From assembly GCA_031266815.1 (NCBI GenBank), contig JAISAG010000131.1, positions 1 to 56,734 of the forward strand: 56,734 nucleotides of DNA, in the 5' to 3' direction. The notes under the pieces are model-generated. The model worked only from the letters and a program-made list of their open reading frames with translations. It was not told the DNA's origin and did not search any database. A program made the translations under genes and the position numbers. The stretch's first letter is position 1. Each line of letters opens with the position of its first letter. Shown in pieces: positions 1-10,466 of the stretch. This DNA comes from Burkholderiaceae bacterium. Its GTDB lineage: Bacteria; Pseudomonadota; Gammaproteobacteria; Burkholderiales; Burkholderiaceae_D.

Positions 1-186
1 CTCGACCTGCCTGTCCACTTTTTCCAATTGTGTCGTGCAGTACCTGACCAGTTCAACCCCTCTCTGGTACGATGCAACAGCAACTTCCAGCGGAAGTTCC
101 CCTTTTTCCAGTTGTTCTACCAGTCGGGTCAATTCCGCCATGGCGGATTCGAAAGAGTCCGGGGTAAGGTGTTGCTCGGTCATCAT
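1..186 (-). CDS. xseB: Exodeoxyribonuclease VII small subunit (3' end runs off window)
   Basis: Manual translation of the minus strand from 186 gives MMTEQHLTPDSFESAMAELTRLVEQLEKGELPLEVAVASYQRGVELVRYCTTQLEKVDRQVE, the typical XseB pattern; AGGA upstream; not in the ORF track. Confidence 0.9.
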   Translation of the reverse strand, partial: MMTEQHLTPDSFESAMAELTRLVEQLEKGELPLEVAVASYQRGVELVRYCTTQLEKVDRQVE

Positions 187-414
187 ACGTTCCTGAAAAA
201 AATGTGCGGGAAAAGGCAATCGAAAGCATTCACGGCGCAGGCGTTCCAGGAAGACAATCGCACCGAAAGCGGCTATTATATGCCATCCTGTTGCCTTTAC
301 GGCATTCGAACAGGCGCGCGCGCCACACACGCTGCAAGCCGGATGGGGCACCGCCTGTCCGCCGACATGCGGCAGCTGTGGTTACCGCTTTGCACACAAT
401 CTGACAGGTTTTTA

Positions 415-1359
415 ATGCAATCTCTCTGGATGTTGTTTGCCACATTCATGTTTTCCCTCATGGGTGTGTGCGTCAAACTTCTGTCCGGCACCTATTCAAC
501 CCCCGAGATTGTAATGTACCGCAGCGTGATCGGCGCTGTTTTCATGTTCTGTGTCATGTTCTGGCGAAGGGAGACCTTTCGTACCCGTTTCCCTCTGCAG
601 CACCTGTGGCGCGGCAGCGTTGGTGTCAGTGCATTCGGTCTCTGGTTCTATTCCATCTCCCAACTCCCGCTGGCAACGGCCATCACCCTGAACTACATGT
701 CTCCCATCTGGATCGCCGTTTTCCTGTTTGTCATTATGCTGTGGCGGAACCGGACGGGCTTCGAGTGGCGTCTGCTCGTGGCAGTGGCAGCGAGCTTCGT
801 CGGTGTTGCGCTTCTGCTGCGTCCCACCATTCATGCGGACCAGTGGCACGCCGGGCTGATTGCGTTATTCTCCAGCGTGCTGGCGGCAATGGCGTATATG
901 CAGGTCCGGCATCTGGGCGAATTGGGAGAACCGGAAAACCGAATCGTTCTCTATTTTTGTGTCACGGGGTCCGTATGCGCAGGTATTGCCTGCATCGTGA
1001 ATGCCTACCTGTATTCCGGCGACGGGATCATCTGGCACAGCCATGGCATCACCGGCTTTTTGCTGCTGGTTGCCATCGGTGTGACGGCTGCCGTCGGTCA
1101 AGTCGCCATGACGCGCGCCTATCACCTGGGCAAAACATTGGTAACAGCCAATCTGCAATACACCGGCATCGTTTTTTCCAGCATCTGGGGCATCCTGATA
1201 TGGGACGACGTCCTGGGCATTTACGGCTGGCTGGGCATTCTTGTTATCGTCGCCAGCGGCGTTTCGACAACCTTTTTTGATGTCAGGCAGCGGATGGCGC
1301 GGATCATCCAGACCGCTGACGCGGCAAAAAAACAACTTCGCCGCACCATTGCACAATGA
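415..1359 (+). CDS. DMT/EamA family transporter
   Basis: About 10 hydrophobic segments, MQSLWML..FSLMGVCVK N-terminus, two EamA-like repeats; start trimmed from ORF 28..1359. Confidence 0.85.
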   Translation: MQSLWMLFATFMFSLMGVCVKLLSGTYSTPEIVMYRSVIGAVFMFCVMFWRRETFRTRFPLQHLWRGSVGVSAFGLWFYSISQLPLATAITLNYMSPIWIAVFLFVIMLWRNRTGFEWRLLVAVAASFVGVALLLRPTIHADQWHAGLIALFSSVLAAMAYMQVRHLGELGEPENRIVLYFCVTGSVCAGIACIVNAYLYSGDGIIWHSHGITGFLLLVAIGVTAAVGQVAMTRAYHLGKTLVTANLQYTGIVFSSIWGILIWDDVLGIYGWLGILVIVASGVSTTFFDVRQRMARIIQTADAAKKQLRRTIAQ

Positions 1360-1496
1360 CGGGTAGCGGGTAACGAGCAACTTGTGCCGATGACCGGGCA
1401 AAAATCGGCGCTGCGCTGCTCCGTTTTTTTTAGAATGCCCGGCAACCAATGGATACGGCAGGCCGAGGCAAAAACGCCGATACCCGGGAAGCACAA

Positions 1497-2936
1497 CTAT
1501 GGTGCGGACGCCATGGCGACAGGAGATTCCTCGCGTATCCGGAAGAACAGCGAACCGGCAATCATGCCAACCAGGGCCATGAATAACCCCAAAAACTGGG
1601 GAGGGACAAGACCTTCCGGGTCAATGAATTCCATCACTATCCACGTTATCAGCCCCAACACCATGGATAGTTGGGCACCGCGGCTGTTGGCATATTTCCA
1701 GTAAAAACCGAAAACAAGCGGGACGAACGCCGCAACCAGGGTGATTTTATAAGCGTTTTCGACCATTTTGAAAATACTGGCATCCGTACTCATGGCAAAG
1801 CAGGTAACCACCGCTGTAAACACCAGCACGACCACCCGCATCATCAGCAGGGATTGCCTGTCGGTCAGATCCGGCAAAAATTCTTTCATAACGTTTTCGG
1901 AAAAGGTGACAGAAGGCGCCAACAGGGTAGCGCTGGCACAACTCTTGATGGCGGAGAGCAATGCACCAAAAAACATGATCTGCGCAAACACGGGCATCCG
2001 GGTCAGGATGAGTGTCGGCAAAATGAGCTGCGCGTCCTTTTCAAGCAAATCCGATACCATGCCGGGATCAATCAGGGCGGCGGAATAACACAAATACATG
2101 GGAAGCAATGCAAACAGGATGTACAGAACCCCTCCTACGATGGAGGCGTTACGCGCGATGCTCTCTGTTCGGGATGACGCAATCCGCTGGAAGACATCCT
2201 GCTGCGGCATGGAACCAAACATCATCGTGAACCAGGCAGCGAGAAACCAGAGGATATCCTTCAAATTGGCTTGCGGCAGAATATTGAGCTTGCCGGACGA
2301 AAGCGCATGATTAATGACCATGTGTGCCCCGCCGACCATACCGGATATCTCCCAGCTGATGTAGACAATCCCCGCAACGATGATAATCATCTGCAGAAAG
2401 TCGGTAATCGCCACAGACCACATTCCACCCATCAGGGTATAAATCAGGATGCTGGCAGCGCCAATAATCATGCCAGCATTCATGGAAATGTAACCGTTGG
2501 ACAGTACGCTGAACACCAATCCCAGCGCCTTGATTTGCGCCGCGACCCAACCGAGGTAGGAAATGACAATGCACACGGTCACCAGAATTTCAACGAACCG
2601 ACCGAAGCGATTCCGGTAATAGTCGCTAATGGTCATCAAATTCATTCTGTAGAGTCTGCGAGCAAACAAAACACCCACCAGAACGAGGCACATGCCGGAC
2701 CCAAACGGATCCGCGATCACGCCACGCAACCCATTCTCAATGAAAGCGGCAGGAATTCCGAGAACGGCCTCGGAACCAAACCAGGTAGCAAACACCGTTG
2801 CGGTGACAACCGACATGGGCAGGGATCGTCCGGCAACCGCAAAATCCTTGGAATTCCTGACATAGCGGGCAGCGTACATGCCGATTCCTACGGAAATAAT
2901 CCAGTACAGAAGAACAAACCAGATAAGCGTGCTCAT
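1497..2936 (-). CDS. Sodium:solute symporter (SSS) family protein
   Basis: DFAVAGRSL, ATWFGSE, YTLMGGMWSVAITDFLQ and QQDVFQR motifs; many TM helices. Confidence 0.88.
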   Translation of the reverse strand: MSTLIWFVLLYWIISVGIGMYAARYVRNSKDFAVAGRSLPMSVVTATVFATWFGSEAVLGIPAAFIENGLRGVIADPFGSGMCLVLVGVLFARRLYRMNLMTISDYYRNRFGRFVEILVTVCIVISYLGWVAAQIKALGLVFSVLSNGYISMNAGMIIGAASILIYTLMGGMWSVAITDFLQMIIIVAGIVYISWEISGMVGGAHMVINHALSSGKLNILPQANLKDILWFLAAWFTMMFGSMPQQDVFQRIASSRTESIARNASIVGGVLYILFALLPMYLCYSAALIDPGMVSDLLEKDAQLILPTLILTRMPVFAQIMFFGALLSAIKSCASATLLAPSVTFSENVMKEFLPDLTDRQSLLMMRVVVLVFTAVVTCFAMSTDASIFKMVENAYKITLVAAFVPLVFGFYWKYANSRGAQLSMVLGLITWIVMEFIDPEGLVPPQFLGLFMALVGMIAGSLFFRIREESPVAMASAP

Positions 2937-3010
2937 GCCGATAAAGGACTGTCAAGGTTAAAGTCGCCGAATAATATGGCAATCCGGTTTTTTGGGCAAT
3001 AGCCGGCCCT

Positions 3011-4576
3011 TCAAAAGAAAAAGTGCCACGCCGCCAGAAGGCGGAAAAGCAGTAGTCCGACAAGCAGACCACCCCCGAAATAAATCACGACATTCAACAA
3101 TCGTCCCTGGCGCTTTTGTTCCGCGACCAGACGAGACAAAAGCGCCGTGTTCTTCTCCGGCGATTCCGCCAGTTTGATCAACGCCTGCTGGAGCAACCTG
3201 GGCAGCTGCGGGAAAATATGTCCATAGCGCACCGCCTCGTGACCCAATTGCGTTTTTATACCCTTCAGACCGACCTGTTCCTTCATCCAGTTTTCCAAAA
3301 TAGGCTTTGCCGTCTCCCATAAATCCAGATCGGGGTCCAGTTGCCGCCCCAGCCCTTCAATGTTGAGCATGGTCTTTTGAAGCATGACCAACTGTGGCTG
3401 CACCTGGATATTGAATCGCCGCGAAGTCTGGAAAAGGCGCATCAGCAACTGACCCAGCGAAAAATCCTTGAGCGGCTTGCCAAAAACCGGCTCACAACAA
3501 GTCCTCACCGCGGATTCCAGTTCCTCCACACGCGTCTCGGGCGGCGCCCAGCCGGATTCGATATGCGCCTCCGCAACACGACGGTAATCGTGGTGAAAAA
3601 ACGCCAGAATGTTTTGGGCAAGATACGTTTTGTCAAAATTGTTCAGCGTACCGACAATGCCAAAGTCAATCACGACATATCGCCCATAAGTTGGCATTTC
3701 GACGGAAATGAAAATATTTCCCGGGTGCATGTCCGCATGGAAAAATCCATCGCGAAAGACCTGCGTCAGAAAAACTTCCACACCGTTGCGCGCCAGCTTC
3801 CCCAAGTCCAGTCCTTCTGAAACCAGGCGCGCCGTCTGCGAAACAGGAATGCCGCGCACCCTTTCCATGACCATCACGTTGCTGGAACAGTGCTCCCAAA
3901 AAACGGACGGCACCAGCAAAAGGTCGCTCCCTTCAAAGTTACGGCCAAACTGACTGCAATTCGCCGCCTCCCGCATCAAATCCAGTTCATCCTGGAGAGA
4001 TTTGTCAAATTCGTTAACGACATCGGGCAAACGCAGGCGCCTTGCATCCGCCCACACCCTTTCGCACCAGCGCGCGAAAGCATACATCAGTTCAATATCG
4101 CGCTCAATGGTGGTTCTTATCCCTGGACGCAATACCTTGACCGCCACCTCCACGCCGTTTTTCAAAACGGCAAAGTGAACTTGCGCCACAGAAGCAGAAG
4201 CAACCGGCACACGGTCAAACGCGGCAAAAAGCGTGTCGGGATGCGCTCCCAGGTAGCGGGTGATCTGCTCGACGGCAATGTCGGAATCAAAAGGTGGCAC
4301 CTGGCTCTGCAGGAGCGAAAGCTCAGCAACGATATCTTCCGGCACAAAATCACTGCGCGTAGAAAGAGCCTGCCCGAACTTGATGAAGATGGGGCCTAGG
4401 CTTTCCAGCGCCAACCTGAGCCGAACACCCCGCGATGCGGAGAGATCCCGCCAAAAGAAAAGAATCCGGAGCAACGACAGCGCAGGCGTGTTCCCGACAC
4501 TTCTGGCGATAATCTCGTCCAGACCATAGTGCACGGCAACACACAGAATCGTCAGCAACCGCCCCAGTTTCCGCAT
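3011..4576 (-). CDS. ubiB: Ubiquinone biosynthesis kinase-like protein UbiB
   Basis: LGPIFIKFGQALSTR, VASASVAQVH, VAVKVLRP, FFHADMHPGN, DFGIVG motifs; in the ubiE cluster. Confidence 0.95.
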   Translation of the reverse strand: MRKLGRLLTILCVAVHYGLDEIIARSVGNTPALSLLRILFFWRDLSASRGVRLRLALESLGPIFIKFGQALSTRSDFVPEDIVAELSLLQSQVPPFDSDIAVEQITRYLGAHPDTLFAAFDRVPVASASVAQVHFAVLKNGVEVAVKVLRPGIRTTIERDIELMYAFARWCERVWADARRLRLPDVVNEFDKSLQDELDLMREAANCSQFGRNFEGSDLLLVPSVFWEHCSSNVMVMERVRGIPVSQTARLVSEGLDLGKLARNGVEVFLTQVFRDGFFHADMHPGNIFISVEMPTYGRYVVIDFGIVGTLNNFDKTYLAQNILAFFHHDYRRVAEAHIESGWAPPETRVEELESAVRTCCEPVFGKPLKDFSLGQLLMRLFQTSRRFNIQVQPQLVMLQKTMLNIEGLGRQLDPDLDLWETAKPILENWMKEQVGLKGIKTQLGHEAVRYGHIFPQLPRLLQQALIKLAESPEKNTALLSRLVAEQKRQGRLLNVVIYFGGGLLVGLLLFRLLAAWHFFF

Positions 4577-4594
4577 ATGCCAGTCACCTCCGCC

Positions 4595-4658
4595 GCTGTG
4601 CCGGTTTATCTGCGAACCGGCACAGCATCCATGTCACCGGAACCATCCAGATCCGGTG
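4595..4658. repeat. Stacked inverted repeats between the Tim44-like gene and ubiB
   Basis: GCTGTGCCGGTT(4595-4606)/AACCGGCACAGC(4615-4626), a perfect 12-bp IR, and CACCGGA(4635-4641)/TCCGGTG(4652-4658). Confidence 0.75.
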
Positions 4659-4703
4659 CGCCTTCTGTCACACTTCCTCTTTCTTCGTGTCACGAAGGAG
4701 GCA

Positions 4704-5630
4704 TCAGGACAACTGCTGTACGCCTGCCAACTTCCACTCACCCACACCGGAAACGGAACGTTCCAGATTCCACACTTCGCAAAAGGGTTCGGCCGACGCC
4801 TCTTTCGATTCCCTGACCGAACCGCTCAGCTTGACGCTCGCGAAATAATCCGCACCAATCGTTTCGACACCCAGCAGGCGAGCGTCCAGAGAAAGTACTT
4901 CCGTCACATTTTCCGCACTACCGCGTCCATAGAGTTGCATACTCATTTCCGAGAAAATCTGCGGCGTCAGCAAATCGCGTATTGCGTCAACCTTCCCGCT
5001 ATCCCATGCGGACTGGATGCGGACATAGTTCTCTTTGGCGGCACGGAGAAGCGAGGCAACATCAAATCCTTCCGGCACAGACCACGGCACGCCATCATCC
5101 GTATCGGCAAAGGCGCTATCCGCCGTGGACTGCCCCATGCCCGACGCGGGCGCTCGGGTCAACCCCGAACCAATTTCCGGCGTCACCGGCACCCCTCCGG
5201 CATACATGGCAGACGCTGTGTCCCGCGCGTCGGGTACACCGCCCGCATAAGCAGGTCTCCGCCCTCGCGCCAACCACCGGCGGATGAGCGCCACCGCGCC
5301 AAATATGATGGCAAGCACCAGCAACATGCTGATCATGTTCGCCATGCCAGCGCCTACCCCCATCCAGGACAGCAATGCGCCCAACCCCAGTCCCATCAGC
5401 AATCCGCCCAACATCCCAAAACCTCTCCGCGGAGCGGTTTGTGTTGACGTATTACGCTGTTTCTGTGCCTCACGGGAAGGAGGAATCGCCTGTTTTTGTG
5501 CAGGAGAACGGACAATCCGCGCGGACTGCCTCCCAAAAGACCCCCCGCCAAAACGACGCGCACTGGCATCAGAAACGATGGTTACCGAAAACACCAGCAC
5601 ACTCAATAGAATGAACAACCATTTTTTCAT
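4704..5630 (-). CDS. Tim44-domain membrane protein
   Basis: Signal peptide, ARRFGGGSFGRQS, GG-L rich TM region, C-terminal Tim44-like domain (RIQSAWD..EVWNLER..W.LAGVQQ); conserved between ubiE and ubiB in Burkholderiales. Confidence 0.88.
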   Translation of the reverse strand: MKKWLFILLSVLVFSVTIVSDASARRFGGGSFGRQSARIVRSPAQKQAIPPSREAQKQRNTSTQTAPRRGFGMLGGLLMGLGLGALLSWMGVGAGMANMISMLLVLAIIFGAVALIRRWLARGRRPAYAGGVPDARDTASAMYAGGVPVTPEIGSGLTRAPASGMGQSTADSAFADTDDGVPWSVPEGFDVASLLRAAKENYVRIQSAWDSGKVDAIRDLLTPQIFSEMSMQLYGRGSAENVTEVLSLDARLLGVETIGADYFASVKLSGSVRESKEASAEPFCEVWNLERSVSGVGEWKLAGVQQLS

Positions 5631-5648
5631 AGCATTCCCTGTTCGTCC

Positions 5649-6374
5649 CTACAGTTTGAGTCCCGTGTGCAACGCGACTATCCCTGCGGTGAGATTAAAG
5701 TAACGGACACCCTCAAAACCAGCGTCCCGCAATATTTTTTGTAAACCCGCCTGATCGGGGTGTTGCCGGATGGATTCTGCCAGGTAACGATAACTGTCCG
5801 CGGACTTTGCCACATGCTTTCCCATCCAGGGGAGCACGGAAAAGGAGTATACATCATACAGCTTCCGCAGCGGTTGCCAAATCGCCGAAAACTCCAGCAC
5901 CAGCAACTTGCCGCCCGGCTTGAGCACACGCAACATCTCTGCAAGCGCTACCGGCTGGTGTGTCATGTTGCGCAATCCGAACGCAACCGACACCCGGTCA
6001 AAATAATCGGCAGGGAAAGGCAGCTTCTCCGCATCACAAACGGCCAGCGGCGCGACAAACCCCTTGTTCAACAATTTGTCACGCCCCCGTGACAACATGG
6101 TTTCGTTAATGTCGGTCAGCCAGACTTTTCCCTCTTCGCCCACCTGCCGCGCGAACGCAAGAGCCAGATCGCCTGTACCACTGGCAATATCCAGCACGGT
6201 AAACCCACGGCGAATACCTGCCTGCGCCACGGTAAAGGCTTTCCACAACCGGTGCAAACCCAAAGACATCAGGTCGTTCATGATGTCATAGACAGGTGCT
6301 ACCTGGTCAAACACGCCCGCAACGCGACGGGCTTTTTCGTCGCCGCAGGAGCGCGCAGCATCCGGAGGGGCCAT
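5649..6374 (-). CDS. ubiE: Ubiquinone/menaquinone C-methyltransferase UbiE
   Basis: [42 protein letters not shown]. Confidence 0.95.
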   Translation of the reverse strand: MAPPDAARSCGDEKARRVAGVFDQVAPVYDIMNDLMSLGLHRLWKAFTVAQAGIRRGFTVLDIASGTGDLALAFARQVGEEGKVWLTDINETMLSRGRDKLLNKGFVAPLAVCDAEKLPFPADYFDRVSVAFGLRNMTHQPVALAEMLRVLKPGGKLLVLEFSAIWQPLRKLYDVYSFSVLPWMGKHVAKSADSYRYLAESIRQHPDQAGLQKILRDAGFEGVRYFNLTAGIVALHTGLKL

Positions 6375-6384
6375 ATCTTTCTCC

Positions 6385-6828
6385 CTACCCTGTTAACGGC
6401 AGCAAAGACTGCTGAACGGCCTCTGCCAGCTTCGGCAACAAAAAACCGCGTTTCTCCAGCGCAAGCGAGTCCGGTTCCTGCCGCGGAAGCGACCAGATCG
6501 TATCGGGAAAATGAATATCATCTCGGAAACGGGGAATGACGTGCCAATGCAGGTGGGGAACCCAATTGCCAAAGCAGGCAAGATTGATTTTGTCGGGACG
6601 CATCACATCGCGAACCGCCTTTTCCACATGCCACACCACCGTCATGAATTCCTGACGCGCCTCCGGTGAGAGGTCTGTCATCTCCGCAACATGGATGCCC
6701 CATACAACACGCAAAAAACCCGGATAATACAACTCATCATTCGCATGGACCACGCGCCAACGCCGTGTTGTCACCACAACGGTATCTTTGGGCGGCTGCA
6801 TACATAACGCACATTTGCCTGTATCCAT
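6385..6828 (-). CDS. HIT family protein
   Basis: N-terminal Cxx[18 protein letters not shown] histidine triad; AAGGAGG RBS before ATG 6828. Confidence 0.88.
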   Translation of the reverse strand: MDTGKCALCMQPPKDTVVVTTRRWRVVHANDELYYPGFLRVVWGIHVAEMTDLSPEARQEFMTVVWHVEKAVRDVMRPDKINLACFGNWVPHLHWHVIPRFRDDIHFPDTIWSLPRQEPDSLALEKRGFLLPKLAEAVQQSLLPLTG

Positions 6829-6883
6829 GTAACCTCCTTTTTGAGCCATTCCCACCACACACCGCTCCGTGCGCCAAGAGCGC

Positions 6884-7375
6884 TTATCCAAGCAGCCGTG
6901 CCACTTCCTTCCAGTACTCCCCGGGAATATACAGCAATACGGTCGTCATCACGACATACCGAACGAATTTCCCCACTGCCATGTAGAGCAGACAGGGAAA
7001 AAAGGGAAGTCGCAACCACCCTCCCAAGGTGCACAGCGGGTCGCCGATACCGGGCAGCCAGGACAACAGCATGGTCTTCGACCCATAACGGGTCAACCAG
7101 CCAAACCATCTCGTTCGCCTTTCCTTGTCAAACGCCTCTCTGGCGCCCATGCCTATCCAGTAATTCAGTATGCCCCCCAACGTATTACCGGCGGTGGCCA
7201 CAACCATTACTACCCAGAACAGGCTGCGATCTGCTGCAACCACCGCAAAAACGGCGGGCTCGGAACCCATGGGAAGCAATGTGGCCGACACAAAACAGAC
7301 TATAAACACCGCCGCCAGCCCAATCTCGGGGATAGCAAGCCAAGTCAGCGTATCACGCACAAGCGATTCAACCAT
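6884..7375 (-). CDS. YqaA/DedA family membrane protein
   Basis: FVSATLLPMGSE, GNTLG, LLSWLPGIGDPLC..GWLR, GKFVRY motifs. Confidence 0.88.
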   Translation of the reverse strand: MVESLVRDTLTWLAIPEIGLAAVFIVCFVSATLLPMGSEPAVFAVVAADRSLFWVVMVVATAGNTLGGILNYWIGMGAREAFDKERRTRWFGWLTRYGSKTMLLSWLPGIGDPLCTLGGWLRLPFFPCLLYMAVGKFVRYVVMTTVLLYIPGEYWKEVARLLG

Positions 7376-7474
7376 ATTCTCCCCAATGACCCGCGCCGCG
7401 GATCCTCCCAAACACCATGTAAGCAGAAGCTCTGGATTATAATGTCAAGCGACCTGCTCGTCTCGTTCCCCTTT

Positions 7475-8998
7475 ATGACCGACTACCTGAAAAAAATCCT
7501 GACATCCCGCGTATACGATGTTGCCACGGAAACACCTCTGGAGCTGGCCCCTATCCTTTCCGAAAAAACGCGCAACCGTATCCTGCTCAAACGGGAAGAC
7601 ATGCAAAGCGTCTTCAGTTTCAAGTTGCGTGGCGCTTACAACAAGATGGCGCGTCTCTCTCACAAACAGCAACAGAAAGGAGTCATTTGCGCCTCTGCGG
7701 GTAATCATGCCCAGGGCGTTGCCCTTGCCGCCAGACACTTGCGCTGTCGCGCCATGATCGTGATGCCCACGACAACCCCTCCCGTCAAAGTGAACGCAGT
7801 CAGCGCACACGGCGGCGAACAGGTTGAAATCGTGCTCGCCGGCGATTCCTTCTCGGACGCCTGCGAACATGCCCTCACCCTGGAAAAGGAATATGGACTG
7901 ACATTCATACATCCCTTCGACGACCCCGACGTTATCGCAGGCCAAGGCACCATTGGCATGGAAATCCTGCGGCAATGCACGGATCCCATCCACGCTATTT
8001 TTGTGCCCGTCGGCGGCGGCGGTATCATCGCAGGGATTGCCGCCTATATTAAGCAGGTCCGACCGCAAATCCGTGTCATTGGTGTGGAAACGAACGACTC
8101 TGACGCCATGTCCCGCAGCATTCGGGCCGGACGCCGCGTTGCCCTTTCCGATGTAGGGCTGTTTGCGGATGGTATCGCCGTCAAACGCGTTGGCAGGGAA
8201 ACCTTTCGTCTCGCCCGCCGCTACGTTGACGAAATGGTGCTCACGGAAACAGACGGCATTTGCGCGGCGATCAAAGACGTTTTTCTTGATACACGTTGCG
8301 TTCTGGAACCTGCGGGCGCACTGGCGGTAGCCGGCGTGAAAGCCTATCTCCAGCAGCACAAATCGTTTCGGAACAAAACGCTCGTCGCGATCACTTCCGG
8401 CGCCAACATAAACTTTGACCGCCTGCGTTTTGTCGCCGAACATGCCGATGTCGGCGAAGATATCGAGGCACTCTTCGCCGTCACCATACCGGAAACACCC
8501 GGCAGTTTCAGGCGATTTTGCGAACTGGTCGGCCCCCGCCATATTACGGAATTCAATTACCGCATCAGCGATGACAGGCATGCACATGTGTTTGTGGGAC
8601 TCTCTATCACAAGCCGGGACGAAGCGAACCAAATCGCTTCCACATTCGAACGCAACCACTTTCCAACAACCGATCTCAGCCACGATGAATTATCCAAACT
8701 CCACATCCGGCACATGGTCGGCGGAAAGAGCGGGCTGGCACGAGGCGAACGACTCTACCGTTTCACTTTCCCCGAGAGGCCGGGCGCGCTGATGCGCTTC
8801 CTTTCCAGCATGCGCCCCAATTGGAACATCAGTCTTTTCCATTACCGTAACCACGGCGCTGATTATGGTCGTGTCCTGGTCGGCCTGCAAATACCGCCAG
8901 ACGAAACCGCCGCATTCCGCGACTTTCTTTCCAGTACGGGATATCCGTGCCAGAACGAAAGCCATAACCCCGTGTACAAACTGTTTCTCGGCAGTTGA
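7475..8998 (+). CDS. ilvA: Threonine ammonia-lyase, biosynthetic
   Basis: KREDMQSVFSFKLRGAYN (PLP Lys), SAGNHAQGVA, PVGGGG, two C-terminal ACT-like domains. Confidence 0.97.
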   Translation: MTDYLKKILTSRVYDVATETPLELAPILSEKTRNRILLKREDMQSVFSFKLRGAYNKMARLSHKQQQKGVICASAGNHAQGVALAARHLRCRAMIVMPTTTPPVKVNAVSAHGGEQVEIVLAGDSFSDACEHALTLEKEYGLTFIHPFDDPDVIAGQGTIGMEILRQCTDPIHAIFVPVGGGGIIAGIAAYIKQVRPQIRVIGVETNDSDAMSRSIRAGRRVALSDVGLFADGIAVKRVGRETFRLARRYVDEMVLTETDGICAAIKDVFLDTRCVLEPAGALAVAGVKAYLQQHKSFRNKTLVAITSGANINFDRLRFVAEHADVGEDIEALFAVTIPETPGSFRRFCELVGPRHITEFNYRISDDRHAHVFVGLSITSRDEANQIASTFERNHFPTTDLSHDELSKLHIRHMVGGKSGLARGERLYRFTFPERPGALMRFLSSMRPNWNISLFHYRNHGADYGRVLVGLQIPPDETAAFRDFLSSTGYPCQNESHNPVYKLFLGS

Positions 8999-9013
8999 TT
9001 GACAGGTGACTCC

Positions 9014-9844
9014 ATGCGCACACTGCAAGATTCTCCCCTGGGCAAACCCTCCCGTATCCCGACGGACTACGCCCCCTCGTTGCTGTACCCCATCCCGCGG
9101 GCAACGATGCGTGAAGGATTGTCCATCCGTGGTACGCTGCCGTTTTATGGACTGGATATCTGGAACGCTTACGAACTGTCGTGGCTGAACAAGCGGGGAA
9201 AACCCCAGATAGCCATCGCCGACATGACCGTCCCGGCAAACTCGCCCTGCATTCTTGAATCCAAGTCGCTGAAGTTGTATCTGCAATCCTTATCGCAAAA
9301 GCAATTGACCAATACCGATGCCGTGCTTGCCCTGCTGCAGGCCGACCTGTCCGATGCCTCAGGCACACCAGTCACGATCCGGTTGACGCCGCCCTCCGCG
9401 TTTTCATCCATCGCTCTGGAAGAGCTTGGCGGGTTACTGCTCGACCGCCTTGATATTGAAGCAACGCAATACGTCCCGTCTGCGCTTTTCCTGAAAGCCG
9501 ACACCAGCGCTCCCCCTGTGGAAGAAACACTGGTATCGCACCTGCTGAAAACGAACTGTCCCGTCACCGGACAACCGGACTGGGCAAGCATCCAGATACA
9601 CTATGTCGGACCAGCCATCAATCAGGAAGGCCTTTTGAAATATCTGATCAGCTACCGCAGTGAAAAAATCTTTCACGAGCAGTGTGTGGAACGCATTTTT
9701 ATGGACATTCTCAACGCATGCAGACCGGAAAGTCTGACCGTTTACGCGCGCTATACACGCCGCGGAGGAATCAGCATCAACCCTTGGCGCAGCAATGCTT
9801 CTTCCGGGAAACGCCCGCTGTTTGTCAGGAATGCGCGCCAATAA
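9014..9844 (+). CDS. queF: NADPH-dependent 7-cyano-7-deazaguanine reductase (bimodular)
   Basis: DIWNAYELSWL, ESKSLKLYL, CPVTGQPDW, FHEQCVE, YTRRGG. Confidence 0.95.
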   Translation: MRTLQDSPLGKPSRIPTDYAPSLLYPIPRATMREGLSIRGTLPFYGLDIWNAYELSWLNKRGKPQIAIADMTVPANSPCILESKSLKLYLQSLSQKQLTNTDAVLALLQADLSDASGTPVTIRLTPPSAFSSIALEELGGLLLDRLDIEATQYVPSALFLKADTSAPPVEETLVSHLLKTNCPVTGQPDWASIQIHYVGPAINQEGLLKYLISYRSEKIFHEQCVERIFMDILNACRPESLTVYARYTRRGGISINPWRSNASSGKRPLFVRNARQ

Positions 9845-9912
9845 CGGCGTGCGGATATGCCTCTGTGACCCATCCGAAAGCGGTCGCACATCGTCGTAGC
9901 GAAGAAAGTCGG

Positions 9913-9940
9913 TTGCGTCCCGCATAAAGCGACTTATAAT
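9913..9940 (+). promoter_or_regulatory. Putative sigma70 promoter for ptsN-hprK
   Basis: TTGCGT-N16-TATAAT ending 31 bp before the ptsN ATG. Confidence 0.5.
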
Positions 9941-9971
9941 CCAGAGGGTAACAACAACTTGCCACCGTAAT

Positions 9972-10457
9972 ATGAGTCATCTATCTGGCCTAATCTCTTC
10001 CGAACACATCCTGCTCGACCTGAACATCAGTAGCAAAGAGCAGCTTTTCGACGAGGTGGGGCGACTGTTTGCGCGTACCGACGACCTGTCCGACACGCTG
10101 GTCTCAAGCAACCTGCTCGCAAGAGAACAGCTTGCGTCAACAGGATTGGGGCACGGGGTAGCCGTCCCCCATGGTCGCATTGTCGGCCTGAAAGCACCCG
10201 TTGCGGCATTCATCCGCCTATCCCGTCCGCTCCCCTTTGATTCGCCTGATGGCAACCCCATCACGATGATGGTCATTCTGCTGATACCGGACAATGTGAC
10301 CCAGAAGCACCTTGAAATACTCTCCGAAGTCGCAGAACTGTTCTCGGACAGCGCCATGCTCGACAAACTCTCCACCGAAAAGAAAGCGGCAACGGTGCAC
10401 AAAATGCTTTCATCGTGGTTGCCCACGCATTCGGCAGGCAAACCTCCCTCCCGCTAA
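9972..10457 (+). CDS. ptsN: PTS IIA-like nitrogen regulatory protein
   Basis: REQLASTGLGHGVAVPHGR phospho-His motif, FDSPDG, HLEILSEVAELF; precedes hprK. Confidence 0.9.
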   Translation: MSHLSGLISSEHILLDLNISSKEQLFDEVGRLFARTDDLSDTLVSSNLLAREQLASTGLGHGVAVPHGRIVGLKAPVAAFIRLSRPLPFDSPDGNPITMMVILLIPDNVTQKHLEILSEVAELFSDSAMLDKLSTEKKAATVHKMLSSWLPTHSAGKPPSR

Positions 10458-10466
10458 CGGGCAAAC

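Noticed and set aside
28-414. N-terminal extension of the DMT ORF
   Set aside because: Overlaps xseB on the opposite strand; the hydrophobic family sequence starts at 415
6869-7474. Apparent 200-aa N-terminal extension of IlvA
   Set aside because: Overlaps the opposite-strand YqaA gene; the family N-terminus begins at MTDYLKKIL (7475)
7445-8683. 412-aa ORF antisense to ilvA
   Set aside because: Mirror frame of ilvA; no recognisable domain
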